A DNA stretch of 64,000 nucleotides, from the NCBI GenBank assembly GCA_016748015.1, contig JAAOMT010000529.1, positions 252,848-316,847 on the forward strand, read 5' to 3'. Below are positions 24,074-35,800 of this stretch, one piece after another; within the stretch, counting starts at the first letter, position 1; each line of letters opens with the position of its first letter. The position numbers and the translations under genes were made by a program. This DNA is from Geosiphon pyriformis uo1 (taxonomy: Eukaryota > Fungi > Glomeromycota). The notes under the pieces were generated by a model that had not been told where the DNA came from, did not search any database, and saw nothing but the letters and a program-made list of their open reading frames with translations.

Positions 24074-25687
24074 ATGATTAAACGAAAAGGAACCCAAGTT
24101 GGTGGTGGTGACAATGAAACTTCCAAAAAAGCGAAACTCACACCGACAAAGAGTACTCAAACCTTCTTAACTAGTTGGGTGAAAACTCCAACTTCTGAAA
24201 CGGATAACGCGTCTTCAGAAAACAAAACCTCTGATATTAGTCCCGTCAAAAGCGTTGCATTAAGTTTTGAGGAGGTGACCAAAAGTTTAGCAGCTGATAA
24301 AAAAGGATTGTTAAGTTTAGAGGTTGAGACTATGAACCCTGAGTGGTTACGAGTGCTGAGCGGTGAATTGATTAAGCCTTATTTTCTTAAGGTAACATTT
24401 GAAGCTGCTAGAAAAAAGTGACACGTGGGGGTTTTCTAGTCGAGCGGTCCGAAATCTAATATGCTTTTTATAATTTCTAGTTAAAGGAATATTTGCAAGC
24501 TGAAAAACAAAATAAGAAAGTAATATTTCCTCCCGGTAAATACAGATTCATCCAAAAGAGGATTAGATTTCTTACCAAAAATATGGTTCCCTAACAAAAA
24601 TTAATCATTATTATAGAAAAGGACATTTACAGTTGGTCGCGATATACCCCGTTGTCAGGCGTCAAAGTTGTCGTTGTCGGTCAAGGTATAAACTTAGCTC
24701 GTTTTACATTGCCCATCATCTATGTGATCTGCCTTCAAATTTCCTAATCATATTTTCAGACCCATATCATGATAATGGACAAGCCCATGGTAAGAGTGGA
24801 TTCTTCAAAATTGTTTTAAGAGAACTTAATTTAATTGCATCAGTTTGAATTCCAAAAAAGGTTTATGCTTCAGTGTCCAGAATGGCATAAGAGTACCACC
24901 ATCTCTCATAAATATCTATAAAGCATTGCAGCATGATATACCTACTTTTCAAGTACCTAATCATGGGTAAGTTTCAAATTTTTGCTCTAAAAAACTTAAC
25001 TCACTAACAGAACATTTCTAGACACCTTGAAAATTGGGCAAAGGAAGGGGTTTTATTGTTGAACGCATCGTTGACAGTTCAAGCTCATCAAGCGGCTAGT
25101 CATAGTGGAAAAGGCTGGGAGCAATTTACCGGTAATTTCCTTTAGTCACACATCTGGCGTTTTTGATCCTTATACTCAACCTATAATTTTTAAAATCTTT
25201 AATCTGATTTCTTCTAGACGCCATAATCCAATATCTCAACCAAAAGAAGAGTGGCCTTGTTTTTATGTTATGGGGATCACACGCCCAGAAGAAGGGGAAG
25301 AATATAAATAAGGTCAGTGAAATCCAATTTAAGTAGTTGAATTTAGTCAATTGGAGCAAAACTAAATATTCCCGCTTTGGATCCAAGACGCGGCATTGTG
25401 TACTTCAAGCTGTACATCCATCACCCTTATCATTCCGCCACGGATTTTTAGAATGTCGTCATTGGTCCAAAGCCAATGAATACCTGAAAAGCCAAGGCAA
25501 GGAACCTATTAATTGGAATTGCCTTGTAGAACGTGATCCGATCCAAGATCTGGACATCCCCAGCACAACGTCGAATGAAGATGAAACAGTTTCTATTGAG
25601 GATGTTTCTCGTATCACCACTACCCTTGAGGAAAAGCCTATTGCCACTCAAGACCAAGTGTTGGATGATCCGGTTGTTTTGCCTTGA
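24074..25687 (+). CDS. UNG1: Uracil-DNA glycosylase, family 1, 8 exons, 360 aa
   Basis: Exons 24074-24391, 24481-24535, 24617-24685, 24760-24789, 24861-24966, 25022-25131, 25218-25312, 25388-25687 (1,083 nt). Motifs [52 protein letters not shown]. Confidence 0.97.
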
Positions 25688-26185
25688 ATTCATTAACGTT
25701 TTTATAATGTTTAACGTCCTCGGGATGTTTAGAAATGTAAGAATGGTAAAATTAATAGCTTTTTAATAATATAAATTCTCCAAATTAAGAAATTAGTTTG
25801 TAGATAATTCTGTTATTTTTTTCAAGGAGTGCTTATTAACCAAACATACTAATCAACAACACAATATCAACCCAAAAATTGTAATACCTATGAAATGACT
25901 TGAGATAATCTGTTATTTAAATTGACCTAGGAAAATGAGGGAACATAAGATGCATGATACGATGGAGGCATTTATGTCGAAGAAGGTTTTTTAACGTGGG
26001 TGATTCACCGAGATAATTTGATTATTTTTTCGGCTTTAACCCTTACTGATCGATTAGGATTAGAAGGATGTTTTTTACAAGGCTTACTCATTTTTATATA
26101 GTCAGTGATGCGTGTACTTTGTCTCTCCTGCTTGGAGAAATCAAATGATGCTTAGATATCAAGAGCAAACCTATAAACCAATTAA

Positions 26186-27725
26186 TTAATTACCCACCAA
26201 ACTATCTCCAGAGTTCACTTCTGAATTATCTTCACTCGAGTTAAATGATTCCTGGTCCAAAGAATCATAGTCTTGTTCTAAACTAAATCAAACCACATTT
26301 TAATGAGTTTCGTCATATTAAAAGAAGCTATTAATATAAAAAATGATCAATCAAAAACCTATAAGCGTTCTCATTACTTTGAGCAGATACAAATTGGTTG
26401 GAAATTATCGTCTCACTTTGTGACACTCCCTTATCTAATAGTCTTGAATCCTTTTCTTTCTCCTCAAGAAATCTACCCAAAAGATTTCTCGGCTGAGCCA
26501 TCGAAGGACTAACAATAAAAAAACACCTTTTAAATCTATGTACAAAATATAATTTGATTCATATTGAGATTTTGAAATTCGAGACGATATTTACCTATAT
26601 GGATAATCATAGAAGTCGGATCGAACAGGAAAACGTATTCCCCGCCTAAAAATCTTATTTCATAAATTTAGAATTACTTTGATTCCAAATATTGATTGAA
26701 TACTCACGATATAAGTCCAAGATTTTGTTTTGCTTCAAGAGCCCGGCTTCTTTGAGCCATAAGGTTACTCCGAGTTTGCAAAGTTGGTAAAACATCCGAA
26801 GAAGCTTCATCAATAAATGGATTACAAGGGGAGTCTCGAATCATAATGACTCCAGAAGTTGATGAGGTATCAACTCCGTGAATTTCAGGAACAGTCGCAA
26901 CTGAAAAAGTAGGTCTTTTCTGGTTTTTTGATAAACTATAGTCACCATCAGTTCGGGTCTTTTTAGAGAGCAGATTCTCGACGTTTTCTTGAGGCACGGT
27001 TTTGCGTTTTTGACCGCTTAGGAGACCAGCGTCAATATGATCACGATCTTTGAAATATCCAGAAGCATTAACAGACAGAGGAAGGGCATAAAATTTTAGC
27101 AGATTTTTGACAAATGATCAATACCTCTAAATAAATAAACAAACCCGAAAGTAAGAAATTTAGGATCACAAATCAAATTAGAGACAATTTTAGATCTAAT
27201 TCGGTAACTTACTCTTCGTGTTCAGGTTTTTTAGCCACCATTTTCCCATTTCTTTACATTCATCGGTTGAATTAATTGATGAAGAGAATAATGATTAGGA
27301 CGATCAATCATTTTCTCCCATCAAAATATCTAATTTCAATTGATTCTGAGCAAACCCAACAATCATAATGCCTACACTACATAGAATATCGATTCTTTTC
27401 CATCAAATGCTTGACGCACTTTTTTATTATTCGACGTAGAACACATGGTTTTTTGAGATATTTCGTTTGCGACTGCAATAGGACCTAAAAGGTTGTTAGG
27501 AGAGTCGCGAATTACATCGTCTTGAGGGTTTTCTGAAGCTCGAGACAAAAAAGATGCTTTAGATGTGGCCTTAATTTTATTTCTAGACGAACAAGTTGGC
27601 TCTAGAGACCCGGTCAACTTGGGACGCTTAATTTCAGGGAGTAAATTGTTGATAGAATCTTGTTCTCGCCTTGAACCTTGTCTTTCAGAGCTCGCCTCTG
27701 AAGAAACCAACTTTTGTATTTCCAT
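26186..27725 (-). CDS. Low-complexity Ser/Pro-rich hypothetical protein, possibly Sic1/Rum1-like CDK inhibitor; 5' exon structure uncertain
   Basis: ORFs 27372-27725 and 26704-26997 plus three downstream exons with consistent GT-AG phases (...LGLIS|RGIRFPVRSDFYDYPYS|PSMAQPRNLLGRF...AYS|LEQDYDS...GN*, stop at 26186). CpG retained as in the other genes. Confidence 0.6.
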
Positions 27726-27892
27726 TTTTACATTGACGTTTGGAGCCAGATATTAGCAAAAAACGTGTTCCAAGATGCCACAAGGAACGAGTTTCAAATG
27801 AATGTGAGTTCTAATACAGCGCTTGGGTGAATATAACTTTAAGAAAAACTAATAATCTCACGAGATAATAAACACTATACAATAATGATATA

Positions 27893-27914
27893 ATATATAT
27901 ATATATATATATAT
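27893..27914. repeat. (AT)11 microsatellite
   Basis: Direct reading. Confidence 0.9.
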
Positions 27915-28723
27915 TAAATTTTGGTTTATTATAAATGATTTAAGTCGTGTTAGTTTATCCAAAGAAAAGATTAACAAACGCGCGTTTTGCAAAACAAAAT
28001 AGTCAAAAAAAAAGTCTTGGAAACCAGTTTCAACTAAACATCATTTTATACAGATTCGGAAGCTGGCAGATAAAGCTTTTAAGAATTCTAGGGTGATGTA
28101 TTTGTGTCTTTTTGTGTTTTTTGTACAGGCTTGAGCAAAGTTGGTATGCTTCCTCTGCGTTCATCCTCTGATTTGAGTTCAGGGAAAGATCCTCTGCTTT
28201 CGCTTGGGCGTATTATCCTCATATTTCACGGAATTCTGTCCTCTGTTAGGCCATCCTCTGTTTTGGTACCACAGCTGACTGGGTTCCTTGGATTTATACT
28301 TTTTCATTTTTTAAGGCTATTGCAAAATATTAATGACTTATGGAAAAAAAGAAAAGCTTGGTATCTATTTTCTATCTAGTTTAAAGGATTTAAATTAATA
28401 ATTTGTGTTAAGTTCAGATTAGAAAATATAATTCAAAAGTGAAATTAATGATTTTTGCAATTTAATATTTATTAATGTTGTTAATAAAACAAATTTTTAT
28501 TTTGTATTATTAAAAAATGGTTTTTTATTATTTTTGTATTAATAAACCATTTTGTATTATTAAAAATAGCTTAAAAAAAACTGATATTATAAATAAAAAA
28601 GTTATTTTGAAAATTATATTTATATTTGTAAAATTTTAAATAATTTGTATATATTATTAATATAATTTATTTATTTTATTTAATGAGTACAATTCAATCA
28701 TTAACTATTACAATACAATTATA

Positions 28724-30955
28724 TTTTTTTTTTATTAAAGTTTAACAAGTAAGGCCCAACTACTATCTAATACAATATGACTACATAGAGTCTTAAATTA
28801 AATGTGGTTTATGTGTTTTTTAGCTACTCGAACCAGTTCAGATTATACTACGTTGAAGCTCTTAAAGAAAACTTACCCAAAGCCAATATTTTTTGAACAA
28901 CAGAAAACAAGATAACACTACAAGGAACCAATCCAACCAGCCACTTAACTGTCTTCAAGCTATTAGATTTAACATCAACAAGTTTATGTTCCCAAGGAAC
29001 ATTAGATTAGAGAACACTTCATCATCCAGACCAACTGGGTGCTCTGAATCACCAGACATGTCTATATCTTCTATACAACACACTTTTTTCAAAGAAACCA
29101 CTTCTCTCTCCAACTTACTAACAACTTTACTAAAAAAACCCATATGCACCATAATCTCATTGATTTTAAAACCAAGTTTGCTGCTTAAAACCAGATCACC
29201 ATTAATAAATTGTTTGAACAATTTGACCAAAGAACCAACCAGCTTAACAATAGACTTAACCAAAGCAGAAAGCTTAGTTAAATCAGATTCCAAAGAAGAT
29301 AATTGAGACAGCACTGTGAGATTACCAACAACAACTGGAAGAGAGACAAAAGGTAACAGAGGTGGAAATCTAGATGAGCTCAAAGAAGCAGAAGCCTTGG
29401 CATAAGACTGAGAGCCAACAAAGCATGATATAAACACCATGGAAAGCTTGAGAGGAGAAGATGGAAAAACCTTACAGTCTGCAACCAAATGATCTATTTC
29501 TTGATACTTGAAACAATGCCGACAACCAGAAGTTTCTCACCAAATATGGCATTTTCTCAATATACCAGTCTTGACAATAACGGAGTCCAAATCAGCTTGG
29601 GAACCAAATGTAACCAGAGCAAACTGGGACTGACAACTGGACTCAGGAGAATGAAGAATAAAACATGTCCGACTACCAACTTAAAAAATCATATTACTGA
29701 TTTCGAAAGCTGTGCATCCAGAAGAAAAATTGACCAACTTGGCCTTAAACTTATTACAAGACAAAATGATCTCATTTTGATTCACTAAAGGAAGATCTTA
29801 ACACTATCTTTGCTCACCAAAACTGACCAATGATTTAAAGCAGACACAACAGAGTTTAACTTTTTAAAATAAACCACTACATACTGCCAAACACCAATAG
29901 GCTTCAGCACAACATGAATGATACTATTAAACACATTGAAAGCTGTCTTAATGTCAACAGCAGACACACCCAAGGACACATTACACAGTGCAACAGCAGC
30001 AGAAGAAGAACCAGACTCAGAAATTACCAAAGACTTGGCAATTTTGAAGGTGGCCAAATATACAGAGCTTGTAAGCTCAACTAAAAATGCAGCTTCTAAA
30101 GACATTTGAAAAGCAAACTCCATACAAAACAGATTTACATTGTCTTTTGATACTGACTTTGCATCCAAAAGACCATATACTGACTGAAAAACAGTCTTAA
30201 CATGAGCCAACTTGATCTTGAAAGTAGCACCAGACATCAGAGTAGAGGTCACCCACTCAACAAATCTTTGATGACTAGTAATAGTTTCCCAAACACTACC
30301 AAAAGTAGCACCAGAAACTAGAGAAGGAGATAATTCAGTTTTTATTTGATCAGCCCAGTTCTCAAAAACAGGTGACCCAACAGAAGAAGATTGTTTTGCT
30401 TTTAAAACCAGCAATGATCTGCACATTTGGCAATACAACCAGTAGTTGATCTTGGCTCATCTTGGACAATGTGCTGGATAATACTACAGAGATCTCATCT
30501 AAGATCTCATTGGGAACCACAAAAGAATTTAGTATAACAATAGCAGAGGCAAGTGACTGCCCCCACTTTTCTGAACTTTTGGTCTTTTTGACCATTTTCT
30601 TTAAAGAGGTAGTGTTAGAAACACCAGATGTTGAATCTATAGAGAAGAAAACCAGCTTATTTACTGGTCTATTATTAAAAACTTTTGGGCTCTTAGTCAG
30701 AGTGGAGACAACACTGAGACTAACCCAAGTGTGTCTCTTTAAGAGAACTTTGACTGGTAAAAAACCAGCCAAAAATGAGAAAGTTGCTTCAGTGGCTACC
30801 AAAGACAGCTTTTCATGATTATTGAGTAAAGGAAAGGCTTCTAAAACATTCTGTCTAGTTGCTTCTACAACAGAGAAAGCTCCTCTAGTTAAAATTTTGT
30901 AAGATATCTCAGGACAGATATTAGGTGTAGCTTTTTTACTCTTTGCTTTGGTCAT
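28724..30955 (-). mobile_element. ORF1-only non-LTR retroelement (RRM-like, CCHC knuckle, coiled coil, poly-A tail), decayed
   Basis: ATG at 30955; RRM-like block (AAVALCNVSLGV...VWQYVVVYF); degenerate knuckle CFKYQEIDHLVADC at ~29473-29515; heptad region LSSLESDLTKLSALVKSIVK; A10 tail at 28724-28733. No endonuclease or RT between ORF1 and tail. Confidence 0.7.
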
Positions 30956-31177
30956 GGTTATAAAATTAAAGAAACAAAGAATTTAGTATTTTTTATAGAT
31001 AATCTAATTATATAAAATTCTAAAATAAGTATAACATTAATATAATATTATATAAAAATTAAATAACAGTATTTTTTGTTTTAATAATTTATATTTAAAA
31101 ACATGAATATAATTTAATAAATAATTGTTTTTTTTGTATTTTATATTTATTTTATTTAAAAAATAAAATTTAAAAAA

Positions 31178-31180
<3 letters not shown>

Positions 31181-31211
<31 letters not shown>

Positions 31212-31921
31212 TAACAAGTAAGATCCAAATGTCACTTAGCACAATATATTAAATTAAATAATCTAAACTAACCACAAAATATGTATTTTCTACACATGAT
31301 TAGCCATTTAAGTTAGTCAAAATAATACTACAAATCTATTTTAACAAACATTATATTATCAATATCAGAAAAAAAACTCCAAAGTTTATAAAAACCAAAA
31401 CTAATATCATATATCTTTACAATTTTAAGCAACTTAATACCATTATTAAAAAACAGAAATAATAAACCATGGATCTTAGAAAACACTAAACTATCATGTA
31501 TAATCAAGTCTTTTTTCTTTATTATTGCCTTATACTTAGCTTTTACTATTCAAATTTTAACATAATAAGCTGTTCTTAAGCCCTATACTAAATCAACAAT
31601 CTTTCTATTGGCAACTTTAACATTATTAAAAATAGATGCAGTCTTTAAGCATTGTTTCTTAAATACAAAACTTTTATACAAAACAGTATATATAGCATTA
31701 TTGGAATTACACAAAAAAAGCATTTGCAAAACATAAAACAATGGCAAATTCAAATCCAATGCAACATTTCATTGAATTGAGCATGATTCAAACAGATTAA
31801 TATAAACAACAGAACTTATTAAACACACAAAAAAATGTTTAAAAGTTTCTATTTTTCCATAATAAAAACACAATATACTAGAATATTTTTTATTTTACAA
31901 ATGCTTACAGATAATAACTGG
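31181..31921 (-). mobile_element. 3' segment of a decayed LINE ORF2 with (TAA)n tail, split off by Gypsy-1 insertion
   Basis: Minus-strand remnant ...KKYSSILCFYYGKIETFKHFFVC (degenerate C-terminal CCHC of LINE ORF2), terminal CTTACTTGTTAAA, then ~10 TAA units at 31181-31210. The reading joins the segment starting at 41993. Confidence 0.7.
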
Positions 31922-32799
31922 TGTTACTTATAAAAAAAAACAGATATATAAAAAAATAGTAGACCAATAAGCGAGTAGTAGTTAGCACGTAAGCACATTG
32001 CTCAGTGATGTGGAACAATATCAGAAATCATGGCACATTGCTCAGCAATATGGAGCAATATCAGAAATCATAGCACATCACTCAACAATATGGAGTGATG
32101 TCAAGAAAAGACGGCACATTGCTCAGCAATGTGAGCATTGCTTGAAAAATTATAGCACATTACTCGAGAATGTAAGCAATCTTATAGAACCCAAATTATG
32201 TATATATAGTGGTAGCATTAGAAGTAGAAAAGACAGACCTCTCAGTTTAGATTTAATCTAAGCAACTTTTCATTAAAAAATATCAAATAAATAATTATTC
32301 ACCATCTCAATTCACCCTCCACTATCAACACTTCATGTTGATAGTAATTGATACTTAATCATACTGGAACAATAGCTCTTGATCATGGCTATTGACAGGA
32401 TATTAACTTGCAATTGCTTTTGTTTATTTTCTTTATTTTTCTTCTATTTCTTTTATTATTTCTTTGGTTTTACTAAATTGATTAAGGATTAAGTGCTGAG
32501 ATACAGATGTTATAGGAACTGGTAAAAGACCCATGAAACAAGGGTAGAACACTCATAGATTTGAGAATAGCTTATTAGGAGGATTACTGGCTACCACACT
32601 GAGAAAAAAATTCAACAGAATTGCAATTTCAGGAGGCTACTAAAAACAACTATTCAATCTCTGTCTATTATACAAAGAACTCCACAACAAAACCTTCAGA
32701 TCAACACAAAACCTTTAGATATCAACATCAGAGTACCAACCACACACCAAGTTATGGATTTGTTATTTGACTTGAGACCTCAAATAATCATCTGTAACA
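31922..32799 (+). repeat. Gypsy-1 5' LTR (878 bp)
   Basis: TGTTAC...GTAACA termini; aligns with 41193-41992; five 40/41-bp internal repeats at 31993, 32033, 32073, 32114, 32155. Confidence 0.95.
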
Positions 32800-32801
32800 T
32801 T

Positions 32802-32818
32802 TGGTGCTCCTTGTGAGG
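32802..32818 (+). other. Primer binding site, elongator tRNA-Met-like
   Basis: TGGTGCTCCTTGTGAGG two bases after the LTR; similar site on the minus strand at ~52337-52353 in Gypsy-2. Confidence 0.75.
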
Positions 32819-32859
32819 TATAATCTTACAGAAAACCAGCACCAACAAATAAATCAACA

Positions 32860-35800
32860 GTGGCAGAATCAGAAAGTATAGGAGCAAACCATTTAGGATT
32901 TGCCAAATTCTTGTTCCAACAGTACAGCCAACAATTAGGATTGAACAGTAATTATTTCCCAGCAGAATCAGCATTTAACTTTTATGTCAATAATAAAATC
33001 ACAGACTGCTTAGGAGGAACAGTTAACATTGAAGCTGCAAGGGAAAATTTCTATACAAAATTATTTCAACACACCAGCTTACCAAGAAATTACAGTTTCA
33101 TACCAATTATTAAAAAAATCAACCAAACCATTAAAAGATATACATAACAACAATTTTCTATTACCTATGCAGACAAAGACAAAAGAAGGTTGTAAACACC
33201 AGCAGTAACACCAAAACAAATACAACCACCCACTTAGAAGAAAACCAGAGTTGAATTACCAACAAACCCATCATACCACTATACACCTGAAAGTGCCATT
33301 AACATTACTTCAACAGGCGCGTCCACATCACACGCAACACCAATCTTTGAACAATTCCCATTTCAGAGTAAACCAAGGAAAAAAGATCTTCTAAAACCAT
33401 ATGGCGCATATTTTGAAGAATTTAAGTCACAATTACCAATGCTATCAGAACTTTGATCTCTGCCACCCCAACCAAATTTCAGAACCATGAGTTTCTGGGA
33501 AGTAACAGATTTGAAAGAAGAAAAAGAATCTAAATATTAAGAATTTACTTACCAGAACCCAATCCTAAAAAACCTGAACATTAAAACCCCGAACTTTCAG
33601 ACTCAGCAAAATTTAAATTTAGAAAATCCAGAAATCAGAACTCCGAATTTCCAAATGCAGCACAATCAGAATGATCAAAACCCTAACATCAATAATCAAC
33701 AACACTTACCTCCAGTAATTGTGATTAATCCAGTTCCACCAATTGACGAACAGCAACAGCAGCTACTTCAACCACCTCAACAACCATAGCAGTCACTTCA
33801 ACAGTTGCAACAACAACTACAACAACCAAACGTTAATCCAATGGCCTACACTCTGATAGCAAAACTTGAGAAATTCACTGGCAAAGAAAACAATGCCCAA
33901 ATGTGGCTAAACAATATGGAAAAAGCCATTACAGCCAATGGCTGAAATGATGCCAGAGCCATGCAGGCCATTCCTTATTTTCTCCAAAATACCACCAATT
34001 CATGGTATTAAAGCTTGGTTAACAAACCCTAAGATTTTGCTGCATTCAAGCTTGCATTTCTACAATACTTTAGCAACAATAATAGTATTAATTGGCTAGT
34101 AAACACTTTCATCACTATCAAACAAGGGGAAAATGAAGCAGTCACTACTTACCTAAGATGCTTCCATAGAAATCTGCACCAGATTCAAGCAATCCAGGCT
34201 GACTATTTTACAGTGCTACAAATTCTAAACCAATTTATTAGAGGTCTGTACAATAGTATTCTCTAATGCGTACGTTCAATGTATCTAGCAGACCTTCAAG
34301 TTGCAGTTACCAACGCCTGAGATTTTGAAGCAGCTGAACTCAAAGCTAACCATGCCCAAGCCATTAACCTAGTGATGAATGAATCATCTGAATTGGATTC
34401 CATATTAAAACAATTCAGTAATTCCATCAATCAGAAATTGGAAGGATACTTAGCTGACAATCATGCAATTTATCAACCACCCCAATAATGCAATAATTTA
34501 GGAATCACAAATCGCTTACAAAATTAATCACATTCCTCATCATTATCCAATCAGCCATGGCTGCAAGAAACACATATCTGCTACTATTATGGTAAACAAG
34601 GACATTTAAAACTCAATTGTCAGTTAAGAATAGATAACCAATAATCAGGAAATCAATATCAAAAACCTGATTGCAGGTTTCCAACTCCAAGTTATCAATC
34701 AAGCTCAGCAACATATCAACCGACTAACCTGCCAATGATGCAACAGCCAATATATCAACCACCTATATATTAACCTCCAGTTTATTAACCACAGCCACCA
34801 ATAATATATCAACCACCACAGCCACAAATAATTTATCAGACTCCTGCAGTTCAAACACCACCATCAAACTCAGTTCAAATAACATCAGGAAACCCTAGAT
34901 CGAGAGTTATTCAAAACTGGAGATTGGTAATGGTTGTTTACCAACCAATTTTCAGTTTATTTAACCAGCCATTAGGACCACAACAGCAGAGTTTGGGAAC
35001 TGGATATACTTAAAACCTGAATTCCCAGAACTATTTAAGTCTTCTGGTTACCCCAAAAGATGTTCAACCCAATAATCCGGAAACCAACCAAAAACAATCA
35101 CTTACCAACAACATACCTCCAGCCATCATTACCAACAACGAATTACTAACAGCAATCTTCCCATTTGAACTTGAGAAAACCACATCAGTCCCATTATTCA
35201 GTGGAGCCGCTTTTGATACCAAACCAATCACTGCCATGTACACTAACACGAAAGTTGATGGCCATGCCCTCAAACTGATCCTAGATAGTGGATTAGCTGG
35301 CAGCATCATCACAAAACAACTCATGGACCAATTAGGTCACTGAGTTGATCAAGCTGTCAGTGCACAAATCATCACGGCTGATAGAGCAACAAAAACTCTG
35401 ATCAGCAAAATTAATGACTTCCCTATAGAAGTCAATGGCATTATTATACTGATCAAGGTATTAGTCATGAAAGCCACTCAGTACCAAGCACTTATTGGCA
35501 ATAACTGGCTGTCCAAAACTCATGCGATGCTCAATTGGAACACCCAAAAGCTTCAGCTTAGTCAAAACGGTCAATACACACATGTACCAGCCATGTGTGG
35601 CCACTTCAAGCCCATCATTATGTCATCAGCACCACTTATCGAGTTTGAAGAAAAAAAAGAGAAACCTATTTGGAAAGTATACCAAGTCTCCTGGACTAAC
35701 AAAGACCACAATGAGTTGCTGCTAATACTCTCCTGGGACAACAACAACAAAGGAAAACAGAAGAAAGAACTTATCTGGAATAACAACCAAGCCTGGGAAA

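Noticed and set aside
27125-27126. Possible 2-nt microexon (tttag|AG|gtattg) in the minus-strand gene
   Set aside because: An alternative direct splice also keeps frame; cannot be resolved without RNA data.
31993-32190. 40-bp periodic repeats as a CRISPR array
   Set aside because: Degenerate tandem units without unique spacers, inside an LTR, with no cas genes and in eukaryotic context.
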